Assembly: GCA_951406725.2 (NCBI GenBank)
Contig: OX597816.1
Coordinates: forward strand, 69,006,001 to 69,070,000
Direction of reading: 5' to 3'
DNA length: 64,000 bases
Origin: Octopus vulgaris
Taxonomy: Eukaryota
Each line of letters opens with the position of its first letter. Within the stretch, counting starts at the first letter, position 1. A program made the position numbers and the translations under genes. This document shows positions 13,150-28,029 of this stretch, piece by piece. Under the pieces are notes generated by a model. The model saw only the letters and a program-made list of their open reading frames with translations. It did not search any database and was not told where the DNA came from.

Positions 13150-14730
13150 TCATACGTATATACAGGCATGATGATTGCCACTTCTTTACAGAAGAAAGCC
13201 ATGTCTTCAATTAATAAATATTGTTATCAGATCTTATATAACTAGCAAGTCCTGCTCTTGACAAACAAACTCTACAACAGATCTTACAAATATATTTTTA
13301 AGCAGGAAAATGTCTGGGATTGTAGTTAACTCCTGTCTACGAAGTGCTCGTTTCAAGATAGATTGTTCAATTCTTCGAGGCTCGAATGCTTTACATCTAT
13401 TGTAGATTATTTGTTTCCAAACCGATCGATCTAGCGTCATCTAATCCCAGTCTTCAACTTGTACGTTAAGAGCCTTAAGTTTGTTTTTGACATCCCTAAA
13501 AGGCTCTTTGGGGTTTATGTCTTGGACATTTGCCACGCTGCAACTCCCTTTAAAACAACTGCATCCTAGCAAGGTGCCCAATCCAACGCATCTGATTGCG
13601 TATGAGGATCATTTGAAAACCGGATGTGTTAGCTTGCTGAAGAACAACAGTGTCTGGCGTTAAAGACTTCCATTTGCTGTCTAGTATCCTTCTTAGGTAA
13701 GTCTAATGGAATCTTTCTAACGCCTTAATGTGGCGCCGATATGTCGTCCAGGTCTCAGAAGAGTGCAGGACGAGCATTAAAATGCAAGATTCATAGATAC
13801 TAAGCTTGGTGTTGTCGTTGATACCGTTGTCAGAGCACACATGGTTTGCATGCCTTCCAAATACTTTGCTGGTTTATTTCAGAATCAAGGGATTCATCTC
13901 TAGAGAGAGTGATGCCAAGGCAGATGAACGAGTCAACCACATGTAATCTTGTACCCTGGATGACGATGTTAGGTTCCACATAGGGTTAGACTGGTGGCTG
14001 AGATAACATGACCATTATTTTCTGTAGACTAAAGGTAATTCCAAAAGTAATACAAGCTCTAGAGAAGAGATCCAGTATAGCCTGCATGTCCTCCTCGGTG
14101 TGAGCAACGAGAACTGCATCACCAGCATTAAGGAGCTCTCGGACAAGGGTCTGGAATGTCTTTGACTTTGCATTACAGCGTTTAACATCAAAGAACTTAC
14201 TTGTGGTTCTGAAGCAAATATAGACGCCGATATCACAGTCTTGGAAAACGTGAAAATAGGTACAGCAAAATATATGGGAAAAAGTGCTGGAGCAACAATA
14301 TCACCTTATTTAATTCCGATATCGATGGAAATTAGTTACGACAGTGACCCATTGAAGGTAAGACGAGCTTTCATATCACTATGGAGTTGCTTAAACAAGT
14401 TGACAAGTTGAGGTGAACATCCAAGTTTACCAAGAATGGTCCAGAGAACGGTCCCATTAACAGTGTCGGAGGCTTTTGTTAAATCAACAAATAACTGAGA
14501 AAGAGCCACGCGATGTTCGATGCATTTCTCCTGGAGTTGACGAGCAGAAAAAAATCATGTCCATTGTGCCACGACTTCATCTAAAACCATACTGACTCTC
14601 CGGGAGTATAAACATTGTAGAGGGGAATATCTATAATGTAAGCCGATTAAGTAAAAGTTTTGCAAAAGCTTTCCCGACTAATTCAAGCAGGCCTATTCCT
14701 TTGTAATTGCAACACTCGGATTTGGATGGA
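13150..14730 (-). mobile_element. RTE-clade LINE fragment (RT to 3' end), decayed
   Basis: LPESQYGFR..RGTMDMIFSARQLQEKCIEH...FVDLTKA.DTV...LWTILGKLGC, and C-terminal DRSVWKQII...CKICCRVCLSRAGL. Confidence 0.92.
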
Positions 14731-15261
14731 TGGTAAATTTAGGCAATATCCAATTTGAAATACGCAAAACCACCCCAGTAAATCACCTGGGCATTGTGAC
14801 ATTTCTGCTTCTCCAATACCGTAGTGTAGACTAATTTAATAGCGAATGGTTCTAAATCTTTGATGATTATTTCTCGTTATAATAATGGAAATAATAACTT
14901 ATATGTAAGTGACTGAAACAAAATAAATAGTTGTATTTATGGCGTTATAAACATAAATATTGACGGCTATATACCACACCAATATTTCCCAGAAATGTTC
15001 AATACACTACGTTAATGTGTCTGTTTATAGAATATCTAAATATAGTGTTTTGTCATATTACTCGCCATAAAATATATACGCTTATATATGTACACACCTA
15101 CACATGTATACACGCAATCACTCACACACACATATACCATTATATATATGATTATATATGTATGCGTGTGTGTGTGTGAGAGTGCGTGTGCGTATACATG
15201 TGTGTGTACATATATGCATACAAATACTTGCATACATCATACAGATATATATGTATATATA

Positions 15262-15303
<42 letters not shown>

Positions 15304-16625
15304 CGTGTGTACGTATATATATAGATATATAATATATAATACATATATGCATATATACATATGCATATTACATACACCTATACGTATATATATATATATA
15401 TGCATATGTGGGCGCAGGACGTCATGAAACGTGTACAACCAACAGCCATCTTTCTTTCTTCTCCCAACTTTTGTTTTTTCTTTCTCTTTTCAACTCTTTC
15501 GAATTTTGCTTTTATGCACGTGAAAAAATACACGAATGAGGGAAATATAATTTGTTTTTGGAAATTTAATTTTTCTGAAAGAAGTACTCTTTCGGGTGAA
15601 ATGCAAATCCCCTGTATGAAAAACATAGGGATACGAGTGAATTGAGGAAATAAATAAATGGGCAGTTGGAGGAAGGGGGCGCAAATGTCACCTCAGATAT
15701 GCTAGAAAGAACAGGTAAATGATAGGACTTCTGAGATGACTTCCTTGTAAGTTTAAATGGAAGATAAGGTTTTGAAATACGCTCATCACGAACAGAAATG
15801 ACAGAATAGGAAAATGTAATTTCTATAGGATTTGATCTGAAATTTATTGCACAGCAAAAAAATAATATAATACATACAGAACTTTATCTCTGTGTGTATG
15901 GGGGCCAAAGGAAGTTATTTTTGCATACCTTTCTTAATTGAAAAAGAAGGCATTGTAGTGAAGTTGTAACAGCAGAAGGTGTCTGTACATTATAATGAGC
16001 AATTCAAAGAGAAAGATAATGCATAATTCTACGCACGCGTGAAACATGGGGCGAAAATGAAAATGACCTTAAGAATGTTCGACACGACCTAGTTTCCGGG
16101 GTTTCTCGGCGGCCCCTTCACTTCCTATTTTCCCCCCTCTTTGTGCCACTTTCTTTCACCTTCACCAATAGAACATCAAATGTCACATCTGTGCTTGCTT
16201 TCTTTCACTTTCAACTATAGAACATAAATAGCGTATGATACATCAGTGTCTGTCTCTCACTCGCTTTCCGTCTTTCAACTTCTCCTATAGAAACTTGTTT
16301 TCTGTCTCTGTTTCATTCTCTTGTCTCTCACTTGTTCTCATTCTGCGTTTCACACGGTCATTCCGTCAAAATTTATTTCATTGTGCTTTGAAGAGAGCAG
16401 AAGTTGAAAGAAAGGAGAAAGCGAAAATGGGAGAGTGCGCAGAAAATGAAAGATGTATGTACGTGTATATGAAATGGCCGTGTGTGTGTGTGCGCGAGAG
16501 TGAAAGTGAAAGAAAGAGATAGAGCGAGATAGTGTGAGTAAAGGTGTGTGTCGTAATGATCGATGTCTTTTCAGGTACACACTCATATAGAACATGTGAC
16601 GCCATCGTCGTCGTCGTCGTAGAAA

Positions 16626-16638
16626 ATGCTTACGATAG
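16626..16638 (+). CDS. Candidate first coding exon (MLTI-, phase 1) of an unknown host gene
   Basis: gaaaATG CTT ACG ATA G|gtgagt, a strong donor downstream of a CpG-containing non-repetitive region at ~16030-16620. Splice signals only. Confidence 0.15.
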
Positions 16639-16789
16639 GTGAGTTATGGAAAAGATAATTTTAAACTTTTGTAATGGAAATATGCCAATGAAAATAAAGT
16701 TTAGTTGGTAGCGGAAATAGAACTGAATCTTTTGATCCTCCATACGTCAAAGTCGGCAACTCGGTTTTGGAATGCATAAGGTACATACG

Positions 16790-16849
<60 letters not shown>

Positions 16850-17145
16850 TACACACACACAAACACGCGCGCACACACACACACACATGTACAAACTGTC
16901 TTTTATCGATATAGATATGTGTATGTGTATGTCTATATGCATATGTATATATATACATATAATCATTACACCTAGTAGTTTGAGTTACAAATATTGTTGT
17001 CTTTGGAGACATATTTTTGTAGAAAAAGGAAAAAGTAGTCTTTTGGCTGCTATTTCTAAACTTTTTGGTATGTGGTCAAGCAACGTGTTGCTAAACCCTT
17101 ATTGTTATACACACACACACATACACACACACGCACACACATATA

Positions 17146-17188
<43 letters not shown>

Positions 17189-17961
17189 CGTGTGTACTGA
17201 GATCCAACAAGTTATAAGCTACAATGGCTGTTGTCTTAAGTCCAATCTATTGCCCAAATTCTAAAACATTAAGAGTTGTCTCTATACTATTAAATTCCCG
17301 ACGGCTGTTCGTAGAAATTTTTGATACTGTAGTTGATGTCTTTCATTTATTAACTACAGTATGACAAATCTGTAAGTCAACTTGAAAAGTAATCCGCTTC
17401 AAGCCGTAATTGGATGCAACAACATTATACCTCAAAGAGACTTACCAGTCGATCCGCCGCGGTAACCATCAGCTCTGTCGCATTTCATTAATAGTATTAA
17501 TTAATAATTTCATAATGTTATTTTCTACAGGCACAACATCACATATAATGAAAGCTAATGTTAAAGAGATTATAATACTAACAAGACAAGTTCCTAACAA
17601 ATAAAACATCGTTCCGTTTTCTGAAATAATAAAAGAAAAAAATAGCCAATGAAGAATATCTTGAAGGAAGCCATTGTACTTATTCAACTTATTGCTGCAG
17701 ATAATTACAGAAGAAAGAAATATTCCCTGGTGAATGAACACTTCGACTCCATTTACTGTTTGGGCTATATTTCAAATATATCTATGAACTTTATTATAAA
17801 TTTATTACAGCCAAAATTCGTACATTTTATTAAATTTCTCTTATACGAAAGAGGTAAATTTAAAACCTCTTCTTATAATTTAACGTATTAGTAGCCACCT
17901 CAGTGAATATACCACCACTCTATATGAAATAAGAATTGCATTATATACACTTGAAATGATC

Positions 17962-17992
<31 letters not shown>

Positions 17993-18001
17993 CATATATA
18001 T

Positions 18002-18087
<86 letters not shown>

Positions 18088-18132
18088 TTATATATATATA
18101 TATATACACAAACATATACATATATACACGTT

Positions 18133-18177
<45 letters not shown>

Positions 18178-18509
18178 GTCTGTGTGTATACGTACATGCA
18201 TATTTTGAGAGAGTCATACAGCAAATAAACTGATACACTTCCGCTCAATTTCTTCTATATCAAAAAAGGCAATTTTAAAAATTTTCTTTATAATTTAACA
18301 TCGGGAAATATCTGAGGAAATATCTCCACTGTAGATGAAACAAGAATCAAATTGTATTTAGTTCCGGTCACTTTTCACACACACACACACACACACACAT
18401 ACACATACGCAAACACACACACACGCACACACACACACATACACGCACACACAGACACACTCACACACACACACACGCACAAACACACACACACACCTAG
18501 ACACACATC

Positions 18510-18689
18510 TATATAGGTCACTTCAACAATTCCACTACACACGTGGTTGGGGATTTCCTCCCCGCCGTCTCCGGGCTCCTCCATTTTTTCCTTTCCGAAG
18601 AAGAGCTATGCTCGAAGCAACTAAGACTCTTTTGCACGTCCACTTCTCAGTTGTTATTTTTATTTTCAATGCTCGTTTATTTAATGTGA

Positions 18690-18690
<1 letters not shown>
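18510..18690 (+). mobile_element. Degenerate HHR-bearing element (H1-related)
   Basis: CCGAAGA A GAGC tat GCTC GAAG at 18595-18617, with core substitutions. Lies between microsatellites. Confidence 0.5.
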
Positions 18691-18757
<67 letters not shown>

Positions 18758-18959
18758 GCAATATGAAGAAGATACCATCAAAGAAAATGGAGAATTATAC
18801 CTCTTTAAAATATGTTTTATGCATTATTATTTTCCTTTTAATCACCATCTGACACATGTTTCTACTGAATAAGTTCCCTAAAGATCTAAGATGAATTCAT
18901 TTCCAAATTGAACCTCTAATCTCACTACTTCCTTAACTACATATATACACAATCTCATG

Positions 18960-19830
18960 TCCCGAAATGTTTCTCGTACCTTATCCTAGTGACTACCATA
19001 CTAGTCACCGTACTTATTAAATATGTTGAGAGGAGTCGCTAGCTGTCCTTCACTACCACAAACCCTCATTATTCAATAGGTGCTCTGGTTTAATCTTTGC
19101 ATGTAAAAACAAATTTTGATGAACTTTTGCCCATTCCACAAAATCACGATAATTCCTCCTTATTAGGATTAGCCGTGACTTTCTACTTAACGCTATGCCG
19201 GGAGTATAATCTTTCTCTTTCTCTTTCAGTCTGTCTGTACTTCTGTCTCTGTCTATATATATCTCCCTCTCTCTTTCTTGTTCGTCCTCCATACTTCTGC
19301 ATAGCTTCCTCCACCACTAGCCTACCGTTATTTCTTGAATTCTCTTCTTGCCTGTATAACAAGTTCCCATCTCTTACTCATTCCAAATCTACTCTTCTCA
19401 ACCTTTCACACCATCTCTGCAGCCCTCCACCTCCACTATCGCAGCACACATTCTATTATTTCATTCGTTGGTCTGTTCCTGATTTATAGTCTGTTTGACG
19501 ACATACCTGTCCTCTAGTGGCTCTCCTTTCACCACAGAAACATTTATCTTACCTCTACTCTGCTCGCTCCTTCCTCCATGTTTCTTCTTCAATTTCCGTT
19601 CACTGCCTCCATTACTGAACTCAACATTTTCTCTCGCTGCCTTTTATTTCTACTCCACCTCCCTGAACCGATAACAGCTTTCCTTTTTGTCGTTTTCCCT
19701 CCAACACTCAAATCACTCACACACTCCGTGAACTGCTATTATCAGTATTTTCCCCTGACGAACGGAGTCGTGGGGTATTCTTTCGATTTGACTCGAAAAA
19801 GCAAAATATTGCAATCGGATGTTTTCGTGA
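18960..19830 (+). mobile_element. Old PLE 3' remnant (GIY-YIG traces, pyrimidine-rich tail, HHR-like motif)
   Basis: Frameshifted FTTTN.LI..RCSGL and ELLPIPQNHDNSSLLGLA. CTGACGA acg GAGTC...GACTC GAAA at 19755-19798. Confidence 0.4.
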
Positions 19831-19984
19831 AAAGCACGTTGTCTTGTCAACTGTCATTTGACGCAATGGTAGGAGGAGAAAAAAGCTAATGGTTTGCCCG
19901 TGCGTGCGTACTTGTTCCTGTGTGTTTGTGTGTATGTGTGTGTGCGTGTGTGTGTGCTTGCATCTCTGTCATCTCATACTTTAC

Positions 19985-20480
19985 ACACCACACCCTAATA
20001 TATATAAAAAGAACACAACTTTATTCTTTACAGATAGAAAACAGAATGAAGAACACAGAGCTACACCCCCAGAAAAGTTTTTATATATGACACCTCCAGA
20101 AAAATGATTACATATAACAGCGCTACACACACCCGGCATCCCATCCCCGCAGAGTAACGACATTATTTATACAAAAATTTTCCCCACTCGAATGTTGACA
20201 TTTGCCGGCTCCACAGCATACCTCACCAAGGGACATAACTCCTATCAAAATCCCCTGGACCTTCACTCATTTCACCACTATTTTACAGCAGACACCGACC
20301 GGTCGTGTTAATACACCTCCAGCTTTGAAGAGCAGTCACCATATTCCCTTTCATGTAGGCTACCTCTGATGAGCTTATTTATATAATTAGTTTGTTGCGT
20401 AACACACCATTGTATTTATTGTGCGAAACCTATTGGTAAGACCAGCCGTGAACGATACTTAATACTAGAAAATTCGGAAT
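19985..20480 (+). mobile_element. PLE 3'/pLTR remnant with HHR-like motif, (TA)n tail
   Basis: tacct CTGATGA GC...GC GAAA cctat tggta at 20361-20438. Ends in (TA)n. Confidence 0.5.
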
Positions 20481-20486
20481 ATATAT

Positions 20487-20569
<83 letters not shown>

Positions 20570-20747
20570 GGAGAGAGGAAGAGAAGTAGCAAAAACTGGT
20601 GGAGAGCTGAAAAGAAAGTTCTGGACAGATTCAGAACCTGATTAGACGTATAAGTTTAAGAGTATAACGAAATACATGACAAATATAATTTGGAGGGGAA
20701 ATTCGGTATTTCTTTGTAGGAACAGATGGACGGCAAGAATATCTATC

Positions 20748-20809
<62 letters not shown>

Positions 20810-21579
20810 GCGATCGATCTATCTATGTATCTATCTACCTACATAAATATCATTTTATCTGCATAATTTTGCGTACCTTTTTATATGAACACACAGATTA
20901 ATATATCTAGAAAACTAGAGAGATAGAAAATGCAACTTGCTCCATATATGTGCATATCTATTTCCCTTAAAGATTAAAGCACATCAACGCTCTGGAAGGA
21001 GATGAAAAACTTCATGCTATGATAGCACTATCTCAATGAGGAAGAATTTTAGAGAAAATACAACTTCAAAAGAAGTTGTGTATTTAATGATTTACTATAA
21101 ATTTCCAACTCTCATACATCTACAACATTTCCGCGTTTACTTTTCGTATATAAAAATTATTAAAACTGTATTCAAGTCTGAGGCTTTGATTCATGTGTTC
21201 TTTGAGTTACAAATTTATATTTACTGAAAGTTATTGTAAATTTTAATGCCCTTGTTTGAGTTTCAGGTACATAATTATTTTGAAATCTTTCAGGAATGTT
21301 GCGAGTAAGCTTATGTTAACCAGCGACTGGATAGTTAACCAGAATTCTTGCAAAATATTGGGCACTGAAATGTGCGGTAAAGCCAATCGATTGTGTCAAA
21401 AGATAACCTTCTGAATTACTTGATTTTCAATCGTTATCGACTGTCATGCCTATCTGTACATAGTACGAGGCTAAATTCGCGATTTGGCAATGTACAATGT
21501 GAGACGTCCACAAATATGAATGTATCAAGGGATTGCCTTTCATATACATTTATGTATACACACATGTATATGTATGTAT

Positions 21580-21647
<68 letters not shown>

Positions 21648-21847
21648 GAAATATGTTACAAAAAAAAATAGAAGCTACATGTGGAAAAGTAAGTGGAAAG
21701 TAAGAAGAAAAATAAGGGAAAATGCACATTGGAAATCAAAAGAGTAAAGGCTTTTATGAAAGGTAACGATAGATATATACAATTAGATGAACTGAGGTAG
21801 AAATATAAGTAATAGAAGTCATAACTGTGAATTGTTAAAGAGCTTTA

Positions 21848-21886
21848 AAAGCATACCGGTTTCGTAAAATGAATAATCATTGCTTT
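21848..21886 (-). ncRNA. Minimal hammerhead-like motif with A3-U8 core variant
   Basis: Minus: AAAGCA ATGATTA ttcattttac GAAA CCGG TA TGCTTT. Perfect 6-bp stem I and palindromic ACCGGT stem III; stem II poorly paired. Confidence 0.6.
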
Positions 21887-22428
21887 GAATGCACACCGAT
21901 TACTGAACGGTGTTAGGTGTACTAGCACCTGAGTAAAACGATTATGAGTAAGGGAGGTATATATATATACATATATATATATGCATATATATGTATGCAT
22001 ATATACCTATGCATATATATGTATATATGTATGTATATGTATGTATATGTATGTATAGCGATACTATCGTAAAATGAGGGTCGATGCATAAAACAGCATT
22101 AATGTATAAAATATTAACTTGTTTGTGGAATAATAACACAACCGATTCTTTCAAGGAGTAGACATCTCCAGAATTACTCACGCGAAACACTTTCGAACGC
22201 TGGCGCTTGCCCCCACTTTCAATGAGATTACACGAATTATGCGAAGTTAAAGGGATTTCAAAATAACTATACAAATCAGTGTAGATCACTTATAAGAATA
22301 TCGTCAGTCTTACTTCCCTTGTATTGGAATTTGAAAGAATGCATGTGCACCATATATGTTTTAATTATTTATCTTACACCATCACGCTCAGGCTTATATA
22401 CACACGCCACCCACACACGCAGACATAT

Positions 22429-22482
<54 letters not shown>

Positions 22483-22527
22483 TGAATGAGAGAGAGAGAG
22501 AATGAGAGAGAGAGTAAGAGAGAGAGA

Positions 22528-22595
22528 GGGCGTAATGGCCCAGTGGTTAGTGCAGCGCACTCGCAGCGGTCGTAGGATCGCGGTTTCGATTCCCA
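22528..22595 (+). mobile_element. tRNA-like SINE head fragment (family D)
   Basis: tggcccagtggttag (A-box) ... ggtttcgattccca (B-box). Homologous to the head of 43880-44198. Confidence 0.7.
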
Positions 22596-22614
22596 AATAT
22601 TAATAATAATAATG

Positions 22615-22652
<38 letters not shown>

Positions 22653-22967
22653 CCATAAGCTCAAAGCTGATAAACAATCATTGAGTATTGACTAAAATAA
22701 ATAGTCTAATATTGGAGCATATAAGCCATCGTCGGGGAAAAAAAGGGTAGGATTTGCTTTTTGCATGGTTTTCGGTTCCATACCTAGGACAAACACTATT
22801 TTTTTCCTGTTCAGGGTTTATACGCCCCAATATTAGGCTATTACCTTAGTCAATGCACGGTGATTGCTTATGATCTTCAAGCTTAAAAAATATCATTATT
22901 ATTTAAACACACACACACATAAATATATATATATATATATTTATAAAATATAAAATTTGTTTGTATT

Positions 22968-23017
<50 letters not shown>

Positions 23018-23044
23018 ATATCTATATCTATCTATGTATCTATG

Positions 23045-23126
<82 letters not shown>

Positions 23127-23449
23127 CACGGTAAATACCTCGATGGGAACTCATCACATGTAAAAGAAATATAGAAATAAATACTTTTGTTTGATTGAGT
23201 TAGGTGATGTTAACTGTCTGAACTCTCATAAAAGTAAATTTTGAGTAGCAGGTATAAAGTATTAGTTGTTAGTGTTATCCATGTATTCAATACGAATCTG
23301 TGAAGGAAATATATTAGGAAAAGGGAAAACAATAAATATTGTAGTCTTCAATCTCTCCCCAAGTCAGATTTGATCCTATACACTTGATAAATATGTTCAA
23401 ATATTGGTAACAGTACGTGAAATGATATTCACATTTTTTTCTTGTATGC

Positions 23450-23486
<37 letters not shown>

Positions 23487-23510
23487 AAATATGTTACGAA
23501 AAGAAATATA

Positions 23511-23598
<88 letters not shown>

Positions 23599-24043
23599 TG
23601 TGTGTGTGTGTGTGTGAGCATATGTAGTTAAATAGACATACACATACGTATTTATATCGAAATATGTTTGTGTAAATAAATTCAAGATATACATGTAGAA
23701 GAAATGTGTAATGTCGTTTTTCATTTCTTTGGACACGTAAGTAGGCTTTTCTGAGAGTTGAAATCTTGCCTGAAGGTATTTATCTATTCTGTTATGTCTA
23801 CAGTTTGTTGTATTCTCATACATCGAACCATTATAATCCATTATCCTTCTGTCGTTTCGAAGGAGACGCCTGTGGTATTTTTTGTTTAATATTTATGTAT
23901 TACACATTCTTTTATTTTTATGTATAATTTTTTTTCAATGTCTTCTATCAATAGTCCAACCAGTAAAGTTTCATTTAATTAAACGTAACTAGATTTTAGA
24001 GTGAACCGTATTATGGTATACTTCGGTTAATAAAACTTTATAT

Positions 24044-24125
<82 letters not shown>

Positions 24126-24134
24126 TAATAAAGA

Positions 24135-24689
24135 TGCCCTGATGCAGTACCAGGTTTTAGCTCTCGTGACTTCTGATCTTAAGTGATTGGAAGTGTTATC
24201 ATGTATATTGTTTTGTCTTGGTATAAAAGATGGGCTAAAGCGAATATCCTCCTTAATACCACAGATTTTCTGGTCAGTTGTTTGACCTTAACCAGTTGAG
24301 CATGTCCCTTAGTGGCTGACGATATGTGCATCTCTGATCACGAGCGGAAGTAGTGGGGAAGCATCATAGCCATGTGTTGAGAGGGATTCTTTGGGGTTTG
24401 AATAATTCACCTCTGGAAACATGGGTGTTTCGTTCTATATCCTTAATCAACCCTCATTCAGGGATCTTTCGAGTTGGATGGGCTACTCGACCAGAAGAAA
24501 ATTCTAACTGGGCCCCACCTGCAAGGTCATGTGCTGTTTATCTTGATATGAGATCACTATGTCGCACACATATGGTTGCGATGCATGTGGCTAGTGTACC
24601 ATTATGATACGGGTAGTCATGATGGGTATACTGGCTTTCGTATATTTTACCCCTGTGTCACTTTGATGGCATGCACTGCACTCTCACTC

Positions 24690-24759
<70 letters not shown>

Positions 24760-25050
24760 CCCTGAAGCAGTACCAGACAGTGACTCTCATGGCTTCTGGT
24801 CTTAACTGATTGGAAGTGTTATCATGTACATTATTTTGTCATAGTATAAAAGATGGGCTACAGCAAATATTCTGCTTAATACCACAGATTTGCTTGCCAG
24901 TTGTTTGACCTTAAGCAGTTGACCATGTCTCTTAGTGGCTCTCGATATGTGCATCTCTGATCACAAGCAGAAATAGTGGGGGAGCATCATGGCCGTGTGT
25001 TGAAAGGAATTCTTAGAGGTTTGGATAATTCACATACATGAGTGGTTCGT
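24135..25050. mobile_element. Two tandem copies of a ~555-bp (AAT)n-embedded non-coding repeat (24135-24690 full, 24758-25050 partial)
   Basis: Both start tgccctga.gcagtaccag after (AAT)n. Homologous to 54609-55541. Confidence 0.9.
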
Positions 25051-27104
25051 TCAATAATAAAGTTAGGATATATCCGCATCATTTAAATGAAACAAAAAAA
25101 ATTAACTAAAATCAGTTTAAAGAAAAAAATCTTAATTACAGCTAAAACATAAATTTCATTACTATCCACAAAAATGTTTGTGTGTTTCTTTTATTTTTTT
25201 GACATACTGTGGTGAATGGAATTCAAGCTAAATACTAATAAAAAATTTTAATTTAATCTCTATGTATCCCGCTGTAAACTTTAAATTGTTAACTTTAATA
25301 TTTTAAATATTTTAACAATCAAAATATACCCCAAGTATCTTGGCGAATTCGGAAGACAGATATAAAATCTCACGATATATTTTGCAATATTCACCTCTTG
25401 GAATAAATTCGGACTCTGAAAGATAAGTTTTCAAAGTTAGAAATACATTTGCAACTATTGAATTTTCCATTAGTTTCAAACTGTTCTTAATTAGACATTC
25501 ACACTATTCTATTTGGTTCTATTGTTATTAATTCACAACTAGACACGACAAGGCTAAATAAAATCGTATCATTTAATTCCGCCAGAAAGGAAGATTGGTG
25601 GGGAATAGTGCAGTCTGTATAATTTTACATTATAACTCTCTCTTTCTCTCTCTCTCCCCTCTCTCTGTATATCTGTGTGTGCGTGCGTGCACATAACAGT
25701 TCATAATATCACAGTGTGATTTGTCCAGCATTCAACAGATTAAACGAGCCAAAGTTGTTGATTGCATGACAATGATAATGATGATGATGATGATGATAAT
25801 GCTAACAACAAAAATAATTATCCCCATTTCGGCTTCAATATGAAATGAAACCACTAATTGTTATATAAATGCTACACAGTATTTCTAAACACGTTCCTGG
25901 ATATAAGTGATTTTGAAATGACCATAAGAAACTGCATTCAGTTGGAAAATACAATAAAAGTTGTTCATATAGCCAGGCAGATACTAAAATGGGAATAGAA
26001 TGAGACAACCATGCATGTCAAACCTACTATAACAGGCAAATTAACGAAGAACATTAATATTAAATTAGATTTAGTCACTGAATCCACAGCATTGGGCGAG
26101 ACTCACGTATAAATATGTTGAGGTACAAAGAATTGAAGAATCGAACTAAAACATAATTCGTGCAGCAATGTCAGAGTAATATGTAGATAAGACTAAACTC
26201 GGTACTAGGAATAAGATAATGGGTGTTAATGTACTTGAGATCACAACTTCTGCATAAAATTTAAAAACTAATATTAGGAAACTATTAACAGCTTTCCAAA
26301 TTTACCGTCCTAGATTTGGCTTGTATACACAGCCCTTACAAAGGTGGGAAGAGCTGGAGAGCTACTACAGTGATAATAATGGAAATCGAAATATTCTTAG
26401 AAGGAGGAAAAACGAAACAAAAATGAATGAAATAGGTAAAGAAAAAACTCAGTAGTACACACTCAGTCCCTTTTTCTATAAACCAAAAACAATAATGTGT
26501 AATCAAAAAGTAACTACATTAAGGACCAACATTTGCACTAAAAAAAAACAAGATGTTACTAATACAAAGCAAAAAATCGAAACGAAGTTAAAATATTCTA
26601 AAAATGAAGAAATTCCTTCTATACTTCGTGTCCAAATACTTCATAAAACCTAACAAGAGGGCAGTCAGAATACGTCTTGTATCCCGGCCTTAAAAATATT
26701 CACGCAAAACATTAAACAACCAAGATTATAATCTAATGATGTAACTTTTCACTGGTATTCGTTTTCTGCTAACGAATTAAAATATCATCGAACAATGGCA
26801 ACTTACCCTCAAGGACAACCTAATCTTATGAAATGGAAAAAAGTTATTAATACATTAAGTTGTCCTAAACATGCAATATCTAATAAATGAAGGGTTAGTT
26901 ATAGTTGGAAGTATCTTGATTATAGGCCTGGTGAATCAAAGCTCAGCTGGGACTAACAGCAATGAAAAACAGTGAATTATTGCTGCCAGCATATTCTTCT
27001 ATCAGGCTTCAAGTTAAGAACATCGTTTTATCATTCTATTTTCTGTAATAATATTGTAAGTTATCAAAATAAGTTAATATTATATTTTGTGGATTTTTCT
27101 AAAG

Positions 27105-27194
27105 ACAGTGAGCTACAAACGTTGTTGTTCCTACATAATCAGGCGATGAGAATCAGACTTTTGCTCATGACTGTCTTATTCGCTGAAATAACTG
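27105..27194 (+). CDS. Candidate exon encoding a signal-peptide-like segment
   Basis: ttttctaaag|AC...ATG AGA ATC AGA CTT TTG CTC ATG ACT GTC TTA TTC GCT GAA ATA ACT G|gtaagt gives (D)SELQTLLFLHNQAMRIRLLLMTVLFAEIT. 90 nt, phase 1-1. Confidence 0.3.
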
Positions 27195-27612
27195 GTAAGT
27201 TCATTGCTAATATAAACGGAAACACTTAACATAGTCTCCCTAATTTTCTGCTTTTCGATTAATTAATTATCTCGTCGCTGCATAATTATCCATCGTGTAA
27301 ATTTCAATAAATGTGTTTTGACAACGCCAACTGCCACTCGATTACTCGTTTCTCTGTTTTCCTTTGCAGAAACTATTTAAGTGGCAAGATTCTTCAAACT
27401 AATTAATAGATTATCTCTTTTAAATTCTTTCTGCAGTCATATCCATTTGTGTATTATGTCCGTGAATCTACTTAAGGAGACTACTTGTATCTTGTATTTA
27501 TTGAATGTCAATATGTCCTTTGCTATCGTTACTAATTTCGAGCATCTATGTGTTAGAAATATCAAACGTTTTACATTGCAATATAAGACACACATACACA
27601 ACCCCCACACAC

Positions 27613-27715
<103 letters not shown>

Positions 27716-27785
27716 AAAAAAGGGAGATGTCGAACACGAGTGGTGATATATAAAAAAGGAAATGAAGAAAATGCTGACAAATAAT

Positions 27786-27928
27786 TGAAGTAATTTAAGT
27801 AATTTAATTAGGTGAAAGTTCTTTTTACCGGTTGCGCATTTGTTATGCTTATCATATTTTGATAAGCATAACAAATGCGCAACCGGTAAAAAGAACTTTC
27901 ACCTAATTAAATTACTTAAATTACTTCA
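27786..27928. repeat. Perfect 69-bp-arm fold-back containing a U3-A8 hammerhead-like motif
   Basis: 27786-27854 is the reverse complement of 27860-27928, with spacer tattt. Plus strand from 27859: TTGATAA GCAT aacaa ATGC GCAA CCGG TA aaaag. Lies between (TA)n tracts. Confidence 0.9.
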
Positions 27929-27932
27929 TTTT

Positions 27933-28027
<95 letters not shown>

Positions 28028-28029
<2 letters not shown>

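Noticed and set aside
24047-25050. Repeat-spacer alternation resembling a CRISPR array
   Set aside because: The units are long homologous repeats separated by (AAT)n, in a eukaryotic context with no cas genes.
25900-26900. A-rich decayed coding-like stretch
   Set aside because: No motif could be assigned with confidence.
27370-27383. Strong acceptor tttgcag after the signal-peptide exon
   Set aside because: Splicing to it gives an in-frame TAA after three codons.
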